From the NCBI GenBank assembly GCA_038841535.1, contig JAWBTQ010000015.1:1-33286 (forward strand): a stretch of DNA of 33,286 bases. Direction: 5' to 3'. A program made the position numbers and the translations under genes. The notes under the pieces are model-generated. The model saw only the letters and a list, made by a program, of their open reading frames with translations. It made no database searches and was not told where the DNA came from. Positions within the stretch are counted from its first letter, which is position 1. Each line of letters opens with the position of its first letter. This document shows, piece by piece, positions 26,939-33,286 of this stretch. Source of the stretch: Sulfolobales archaeon. GTDB taxonomy: Archaea; Thermoproteota; Thermoprotei_A; Sulfolobales; NBVN01.

Positions 26939-28345
26939 CTAACTTGAGCTAACAAGCTGTCTGTATAGAGCTGTATAAATTCCAGCAGCTAGCTGTATCT
27001 TTACTAGCTTGTCTATGTCTATTACCACGTACCTTCTATCCTCTTCGAGGAGTCTCAGAACGTCTTCGAACCTTACTTCAACTTCTTCCAGCAAAACTTT
27101 CAGGACTGACTTGTTGGAGTGCTCTGACTCTCCTCTTAGAAGCCTCAACAGCATTCCGAGCATCAGTAGCGAGTAGAACTTAGTTACGTAGAGACTGTCG
27201 AAAGCTTCTGCTACTACGGCCTTCCTACTCAGAGACGGATCTGTAGTAGCCCACCTCTTCTCTGCTTCTATGGCTTTTGGAGTAGTACTCACGAAATACT
27301 CTATAGATTCCACTAGCAACCCCATCTCGCTACAGACATCTTTCTTGACGACGTGTTCAGTAGCTCTTTCCCAGACGTTCTTAATGAAGGTGTAGACGCT
27401 TTCCCTCCATTTGATAGCTTCTAAAATGGCGTCTCTCCTCGTGATCTCTGACTCACTTAGGTCCTCGATTCTGGGGTCATAGAGGTATGGTACTTCCGTC
27501 ACTAGCTCTACGACTGACTCATTTAGCTCTCGAGCGTAGTCGAAGCTGCTACCACCGTGCTTAATTACTTCGAGTGGATCCATGCCCTGAGACTCAAGAA
27601 AATCGTAGTAGTCTCTAACTGAGACCATCCGGTAGACAGCCTTCGACAGAGATCGTGCCCAAGGTACTTCCGGCTCTCCGAGGCTTAGAGGAACGCCCAG
27701 AATCTTTGGGTAGAGCTGGAAGATCGGGTAGAGGAGGGGTGCTTCGGTAGTGATGTAGTAGTAGACACCGCCGAAGCCAGCGTTGTGGAGACTGTATATG
27801 AAGTCGGGTTTGTAGGTGTCTATTAGGTTCATGAGGGCTCTTGTCCCCGGTGTCGGGCTGTCGAATCGATACCTCTTGTATCTTACCGGAAAGCTCCACT
27901 CGATCTGAACGTTCCCGGCCGGTCTGTAGTAATTCTCTGCGTACGCCCCAATGGTGAACGGCTTCTTGAGCCACCCTTCGTTCATCTTGAGCCCGTCCAC
28001 GTCTACAGCCTTGACTACTATCCACTTATAGTCGAGGGCTTTCCTAACGTCCTCGTTAGAAGCTAGAACACTAGTTAAGTACTCGAGTGTTAGGGTCCCG
28101 ACAGGCTCGTTTGGGTGCGGAGCTCCAAAGAGGAGTGCCGTCTTGGACCCTCTACCCACGATAAGTGCTCTAATCCTCTCACCGCACCTGCTCCTCCCAG
28201 CTTCCATCACTCTGACTACGTCTCCATACTCCTTAGCTAGAGCGTCTGTAGACTCCTCGAGCTCTCTAAACGTCATGAAGGTCCTGTAGCTAGGTACTCT
28301 CTCCACGACCTCGCCGAGAACATCTACGGAATCCTTATCCAACAA
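26939..28345 (-). CDS. M14 family zinc carboxypeptidase
   Basis: G.SR.GE.I, HPNE zinc motif, DVDG..MNE, SLHN third ligand, ELVTEVPY; GGTGA 6 nt before TTG; TTATAAAA on minus at 28378-28385. Confidence 0.88.
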   Translation of the reverse strand: MLDKDSVDVLGEVVERVPSYRTFMTFRELEESTDALAKEYGDVVRVMEAGRSRCGERIRALIVGRGSKTALLFGAPHPNEPVGTLTLEYLTSVLASNEDVRKALDYKWIVVKAVDVDGLKMNEGWLKKPFTIGAYAENYYRPAGNVQIEWSFPVRYKRYRFDSPTPGTRALMNLIDTYKPDFIYSLHNAGFGGVYYYITTEAPLLYPIFQLYPKILGVPLSLGEPEVPWARSLSKAVYRMVSVRDYYDFLESQGMDPLEVIKHGGSSFDYARELNESVVELVTEVPYLYDPRIEDLSESEITRRDAILEAIKWRESVYTFIKNVWERATEHVVKKDVCSEMGLLVESIEYFVSTTPKAIEAEKRWATTDPSLSRKAVVAEAFDSLYVTKFYSLLMLGMLLRLLRGESEHSNKSVLKVLLEEVEVRFEDVLRLLEEDRRYVVIDIDKLVKIQLAAGIYTALYRQLVSSS

Positions 28346-28970
28346 CTTAAGTCACCGTAAATTATGCTAGAAGCTAGTTTTATAACCCGTAATCAACTAC
28401 TGCAGCATCTTAACCTAACTCTCTCTTGCTCTGCGGTTAGAACAGGTTAGGCACGATCGTCCCCTACCGACTGAGAAGCAGAGAGGACCTCGAGCATCTA
28501 AGCAGGAAGAGAACGTATGTGACAGCTACGCAGAGGAACGGCATCAACTGCTGTAATGCTAGGGGAACCTGAAACAACTGTGGGGCGAGTCCTAAACGCC
28601 GATATATAGAGTCTCCCTGAGTCAGAACGTGATCAATAATTTCGCAAGAAAACGGGTCTCCGAACTTCTCAGCTACCTATGATGGCTTCGGGAGCCCTCC
28701 TAAGCCATCTCTATCCGGAGCTTGCTAAGCCAGCGTTAGAGTACCATGCTAGGGTGTGGTAAGATGAGAGTTACGGCACTGCCTCTACTTCCTTTGCTCC
28801 AGCTATATCTAGGCCGCAACTACAGCTTGGCGGAGTGTTTGTCTCTAGTGCTCCCCGATACTTCTCGATCTCCTCGCATCGAGGGCTTTCACAAAGTGTG
28901 CGGATCGCAACACCCCATCTCTCGGCTTTGAAAGTGGAGTGAGGAACTCTCAGGGGTAGACAGCGAATTC

Positions 28971-30215
28971 TTAGGCTACTCTCCTCACTGCTGATGCGAG
29001 CCTCTCCGCAAACTTCTCTAGAGTGAGCTCTCTAGCCCTCTCGAGAGACTTCTGAGAGTAGAGCCTCCACAACTTCCCGTCGGTTAAGAGTTTCGCTAGA
29101 GCCTCCACAACTTCCTCCTCGCTGCTGTACCCTAGACCGACGAGACCCTCGGAGACGAGGTCGCTCCACGTGCCCCCGGATTTGTGTACAACAGTAGGTA
29201 GTCCTCTCGCCATAGCTTCTGTTACGGCAATACCCCAGTGCTCGTTTACTGTCGCGTGGAGGAATACCCTAGAGGAGTCTAAGGCCTCGTTCACGGTGTT
29301 CCTAGGAGCGTCCGCTATAAGGTAGACGTTGGCTTCGGCTTTAATGGACCTCGAGACCCTGAGGCCGGCCCTCCTGGCTAGCCAATCAACCCTGTTTAAG
29401 TAGGATTCACTAGCCCTCGTCCTAGTGCCACCAAAGATGAATAGCTTCACTCCCTCAACCTCCTTCAAGAGCCTAGGCATAACTTCCTCGACTACCCAGT
29501 GGTACCTCTTCTCCTCAGAGAACCTACCGACCATAGCAATAGAGTACCTCCTGGAGTCGAAATTCCTCGGCTCAACTACTAGACCTGTACCGGGCGGTAT
29601 CGGAGGGTTCAGGACCCGGGGTCTCTCACCGTAAAGCTTCTCAACTAAGTCGGCAACCCACCTAGAGTTTGCTAGAACGGCTGAGGCCACGTTGAAGGGG
29701 TTCTTCCTCATGAACTTTGGAAGAAGCCTAGCGTAAACCCACCAGTACATGCTCATCGGGAACTTCCTGTATCTCTCCATAACGTATGGGTCCTCACCAT
29801 AGTAGAGGCCTGACCCCCTGAACCTAGGGTCGACCGAGATCTCAAACGGGAAGTGTACGTACTCAATGAGCTTGGTCTTCCTCTTAATGAGGCCCTCTAT
29901 GGGTCCATACGTACTGATGTCTATGAAGACCAAGCTGGGAGAGAGCCTCTCGATAGCTTTCTTGACTGAGAAGGGAAGAAGTAACCTATAGTATATACCG
30001 AAGGCTTTGAGCTCGAAGCCAAACAGAGAGAGAACATCGTAGTCGCTAAGGTCGATCCCAAACCAGGTCGAGTACATACTTCTGTCAAACCTTCCTACGG
30101 ACACCAAGGTGGGTCTAAAACCCGCCCCACTGAGAGCGTAAGCCGCTGAAGCGCAGACCAGTTGCCCACCGCCGGGCTGGCCCCAATAGTGGTGGGCTAC
30201 TACAGCATTCCTCAA
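28971..30215 (-). CDS. Family 4 (GT-B) glycosyltransferase, ALG11-like
   Basis: GGGQ.V, YVHFP, ANS.W, GRFSEEKR, NEHWGIAVTEAMARG (EX7E), HKSGG. Confidence 0.92.
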   Translation of the reverse strand: MRNAVVAHHYWGQPGGGQLVCASAAYALSGAGFRPTLVSVGRFDRSMYSTWFGIDLSDYDVLSLFGFELKAFGIYYRLLLPFSVKKAIERLSPSLVFIDISTYGPIEGLIKRKTKLIEYVHFPFEISVDPRFRGSGLYYGEDPYVMERYRKFPMSMYWWVYARLLPKFMRKNPFNVASAVLANSRWVADLVEKLYGERPRVLNPPIPPGTGLVVEPRNFDSRRYSIAMVGRFSEEKRYHWVVEEVMPRLLKEVEGVKLFIFGGTRTRASESYLNRVDWLARRAGLRVSRSIKAEANVYLIADAPRNTVNEALDSSRVFLHATVNEHWGIAVTEAMARGLPTVVHKSGGTWSDLVSEGLVGLGYSSEEEVVEALAKLLTDGKLWRLYSQKSLERARELTLEKFAERLASAVRRVA

Positions 30216-30239
30216 CTAAGACCCCATATTTAATAGTTA

Positions 30240-31175
30240 CTAAGATAGAATAGCGTCGAACAACCCGTACGCCGTAGCGGCAAGTCTGGGTATAGTATCC
30301 TTCCTCGTGAGAGCGACTAGCCCCAGCAGATACCTTGTTAGTGAGACTGAGGCTCCCAGCTTCCTCAACCTCCAGAACATCGCCACCCTATCGTAGTGTA
30401 GCCAGAACTCTCCCCAGAAGCCACGGCTCCTAGTCAAGGACCGTTCGTGAGCTATGTGCCACACCTTCGGGGCTCTGCCCACGTCGCTCAATAGGTAGAT
30501 CTTGTAGCCCTTTCTCACAACATGGTAAGCTAGTGCCTGCTCAAACCAGAGGCACTTTCTACTCCTACCGTAAAGCAGAGTCAGGGGGAAGTCCCTTATT
30601 AGCTCGGCTCTGAAGGCCACGTTCGCTCCACAGAGGTTCATGGATAGAGAGACTCCCCGGCATTCTCTGCCACCCATGAAGCCTGCTGACGATATCCAAG
30701 CGCAGTAATTCTCTAAGCCCTTTATAGGTGCTCTGTGGGGACCCAGCGTAATACCCTTCCCCGGGAACGATAGCTCGTCGGTCTTGACTGGGTTTCGATT
30801 TCCGTCTAGGTAAGCACGAAGGACTACGCCACCAGCTGCTCCAGCATCTGGGTATGAAGTGAAGAACCTTTCGTACTCCAGCACCCACAGTTCGTCGGCT
30901 ATGGCGTCGTCATCTATGAACAGAACTATGTCTCCCGAGGAGTTTCTATACCCGAGTTCGTAAGCGTCTGCGCAGTTGCCCCCGTAGCTCTGGCGTATCA
31001 GCTTGATCGGCAGTAGATTCTCGTACTTTCTAACAACCTCCTCACTGCCGTCACCGCAACTCTTCAGGACTATGACGACCTCGTCCACAGGTCTCAACTG
31101 ATGCTTCATGCTCTCCAAGCAACTTCTCAGAGCCCAAGACCTGCAATACGATGGCACGACAACCGAGACTTTCAC
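30240..31175 (-). CDS. Family 2 glycosyltransferase
   Basis: KVSVVVPSY.R, CLES, GDIVLFIDDDA, GANVAFR. Confidence 0.92.
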   Translation of the reverse strand: MKVSVVVPSYCRSWALRSCLESMKHQLRPVDEVVIVLKSCGDGSEEVVRKYENLLPIKLIRQSYGGNCADAYELGYRNSSGDIVLFIDDDAIADELWVLEYERFFTSYPDAGAAGGVVLRAYLDGNRNPVKTDELSFPGKGITLGPHRAPIKGLENYCAWISSAGFMGGRECRGVSLSMNLCGANVAFRAELIRDFPLTLLYGRSRKCLWFEQALAYHVVRKGYKIYLLSDVGRAPKVWHIAHERSLTRSRGFWGEFWLHYDRVAMFWRLRKLGASVSLTRYLLGLVALTRKDTIPRLAATAYGLFDAILS

Positions 31176-31827
31176 GATCCACCCCCCACTTAAGCCTGTT
31201 GATAGAGTACGTTAAAAATTAAACCAAGTTCGCCGAGACCTCTAGAGAGCTCAGTAAATAACTCAATAAGGCTTGAGACCTCTGTGAACCTGCCAAGATC
31301 TCTAAAATGCGGGATGAAGGAAGGAGTTACTTTAAGAGAATGAAGTAAAATAACCTCAAGTGCGAACCTCACCGGAAATACTTACTCCTGTAGATCACCT
31401 GCAGAGGTCTCACGATGACGTCTATCAATGAAGTAGACGGTTAATAGAGGATTGCTTGCCCACCCGCTTCTAGCGAGGAGCTTCAAGCCTTAACTGCTCA
31501 AGATGAAGTGGCATTATAAGAGCAACCCTACATGGAGCTCTGAGGTACGAGACGAGCCATTGAAGAGAGTATATCGTTAAATTCTAAATATAGATACATT
31601 GTCAAGATTCGATTAAGAGAGAAAACAAAGGAGTGACCGGACAGCTATAACTAAACCCAGAGACTCGATACATTAATAGTCGGGAAAAGTAGAGTACTAG
31701 AACATTCTTTCAACCCCATTTTGAACCAACGACTCCGGTAGTACAATGACAGCATTGTGTAGGTTGACGACTTTAGGGCGAAGTCTTCACGCGAGGACCC
31801 GAGAAAAGTACGTCGACCAGTAAAGCA

Positions 31828-31925
31828 GGGGTTCAGTCCAGATGTTGGCTTATATTGAGTGGTGTCATCGCCTCATACACTTCCCCTATTGGCCTAGGGT
31901 TTACATCACCCTTGAGGGCGTTCAA
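31828..31925 (-). mobile_element. tnpB: tnpB 3'-tail / omega-RNA-like remnant, copy 3
   Basis: Minus strand TTGAACGCCCTCAAGGGTGATGTAAACCCTAGGCCAATAGGGGAAGTGTATGAGGCGATGACACC..CCAACATCTGGACTGAACCCC aligns with copy 1 (27 of the first 39 nt identical; same CTGAACCCC end). Confidence 0.62.
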
Positions 31926-32688
31926 CTTTATGCGAGCTGAGTTCGCGACTTGCACAGTTAGACTGTAAAGCAGTCTGGGTTCTGTATATTCTACCGCTCT
32001 TATCTTGCTGGATTAGTTGGGGATCCGAGAATAGTCACTACTTAAAGCATAAACTCCCTGCTTCTACTAGGCATGGTGCTGTAGGTCTGAGTGTAGAGTC
32101 GCGGTTTTTCTACACGGTTACGAGCAATATCTTGGTTTTCACTAACCATGAGGTGGAGTCGAACAGTTTAAGGAAGCAGTTTTGTAGGTATGTGTTCAGC
32201 AGGAACTTGCGGGAATTCTTCAAGCTATCGGACTTAAAGCGTGGAATGGGGCTTACGAATTCTGGGTCAGAGTCTTACTACGTGCTCTTTTCTTTCTAAT
32301 AAGTCACCAGTATGGGCGTGCTTCCCGGACCGCAGACATCACTGTTCATGGCGTCTCTAACGGGATTTCCAAGTATAAGTACTGAGCAGATCTTCTCTAT
32401 TCCGCTAACGTACTACCTAAAAGATGCGAAGAGCACGTTTGACTACCGACTTGCTCCACTATCTCTCCAGCTAGTTTAACTAGCTGGATTAAGTGCGAAT
32501 ACCGTAAAGGTCGCTGTCACGAAGCTCGTGGGGTCACGGATCTGAATCCCTTCTTCAGAGTCTCTCAGCTAGATCGAGAGATCGGTGTAGCAGAACCTGT
32601 AATCCCAGCTTGTCTTATGCGGAGTTGAACTACCTTAAGCATGCTAAGAGCTATTTAATAGAGTTATGTCTTTACTTGGTGTAGTTAG

Positions 32689-33286
32689 TTGGTACGTGCG
32701 TACGTATCGGTTGATGCGGAGGGACTTCCGGGGATCTTCCACCCATCTCAACTCACTCTCGAAGGCAAGATGTTTCATGAGCTTAGGGAAGTCATGGCTA
32801 GAGTCGTGAGGGTTGTTGCTGAAGAGCTGATGAAGCACGGCTACCCTGAGGTGTGGGTTGCGGACAGCCACGGGTTCATGGGCAACCTCCCGTATCTTGA
32901 GGTCCTGGACGGTGTCTACCTAGTGCGGGGGTCTCTGAGGTCTGCCTCTATGGTTTACGGTATAGATAGAGGGTTCGAAGTAGCCATGTTTTTAGGGTAC
33001 CACAGTGCGGCCGCTACGCCTAGGAGCATCGCTGACCACACCTATAGTGGGCTCGCTTTCTATGAAGTGAGAGTGAACGGTGTGAGAGCTAGTGAGTTCT
33101 ACATAAACGCCCTCGTGGCAGGGCACTACGGGGTTCCCGTAGTCCTGGTGGCTGGAGACGACAAGCTTAGGGATGACGTTCACGAGAAAGCTCCTTGGGC
33201 TGTCTACGTCACTATTAAGGAGTCGATCTCGAGGTTTTCCGCCGTTATGAAGCCCATGAACCTCGTAGTCGAGGAGCTTAGGGCAG
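32689..33286 (+). CDS. M55 family D-aminopeptidase (Bacillus DppA-like); 3' end runs off the window
   Basis: Not in the ORF track. TTG at 32689 gives MVRAYVSVDAEGLPGI..VADSHG..FLGYH..ADHTY..SEFYINA..GVPVVLVAGDD; TATTTAATA at 32652-32660. Confidence 0.92.
   Translation, partial: MVRAYVSVDAEGLPGIFHPSQLTLEGKMFHELREVMARVVRVVAEELMKHGYPEVWVADSHGFMGNLPYLEVLDGVYLVRGSLRSASMVYGIDRGFEVAMFLGYHSAAATPRSIADHTYSGLAFYEVRVNGVRASEFYINALVAGHYGVPVVLVAGDDKLRDDVHEKAPWAVYVTIKESISRFSAVMKPMNLVVEELRA

Noticed and set aside
28440-28451. GAACAGGTTAGG, similar to the HTH_10 candidate box
   Set aside because: Not at the 7-nt spacing from a TATA box and no gene follows on that strand.
28566-28600. TGTGGGGCGAGTCCTAAACGCC as a possible fourth TnpB-tail copy
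   Set aside because: Too short, needs gaps, and lacks the downstream TGAGGC and CTGAACCCC blocks.
31707-31723. CTTTCAACCCCATTTTG resembling the start of some archaeal CRISPR repeats
   Set aside because: Single partial occurrence, no repeat-spacer periodicity, no cas genes.
32644-33183. Minus ORFs 32644-32871 and 32992-33183
   Set aside because: Antisense shadows of the M55 peptidase gene.

Overview
Archaeal chromosomal segment, most likely a thermophilic Thermoproteota member (inferred from TATA boxes about 20-40 nt before starts, GGTGA/GGTGG ribosome-binding motifs, frequent GTG/TTG starts and archaeal-type protein families). Left to right: a truncated repeat-containing surface protein; a 4-oxalocrotonate tautomerase plus Ldh_2 oxidoreductase pair; an HTH_10 regulator divergent from an operon for an ICL/PEP-mutase-family lyase, a LeuC/LeuD-type hydratase and an unknown protein, followed by a small membrane protein and a sodium:solute symporter; a peptide-scavenging region (two S9 peptidases, M14 and M55 peptidases, three family-5 binding proteins, four permeases, no ATPase); scattered glycosyltransferases and a broken NDP-sugar epimerase. 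Strongest leads: (1) an apparent organic-acid catabolic regulon whose two promoters share an AAAC-NN-GTTAGG box exactly 7 nt before the TATA box; (2) three transporter genes with an in-frame ACG exactly 5 nt after the GGTGR motif, one of which has no canonical start able to encode its signal peptide; (3) three related copies of a TnpB 3' tail/omega-RNA-like element with no intact tnpB in the window; (4) a circularly permuted peptide-binding protein. All assignments are by eye from motifs; no searches were run. No rRNA, tRNA or CRISPR array was recognised.
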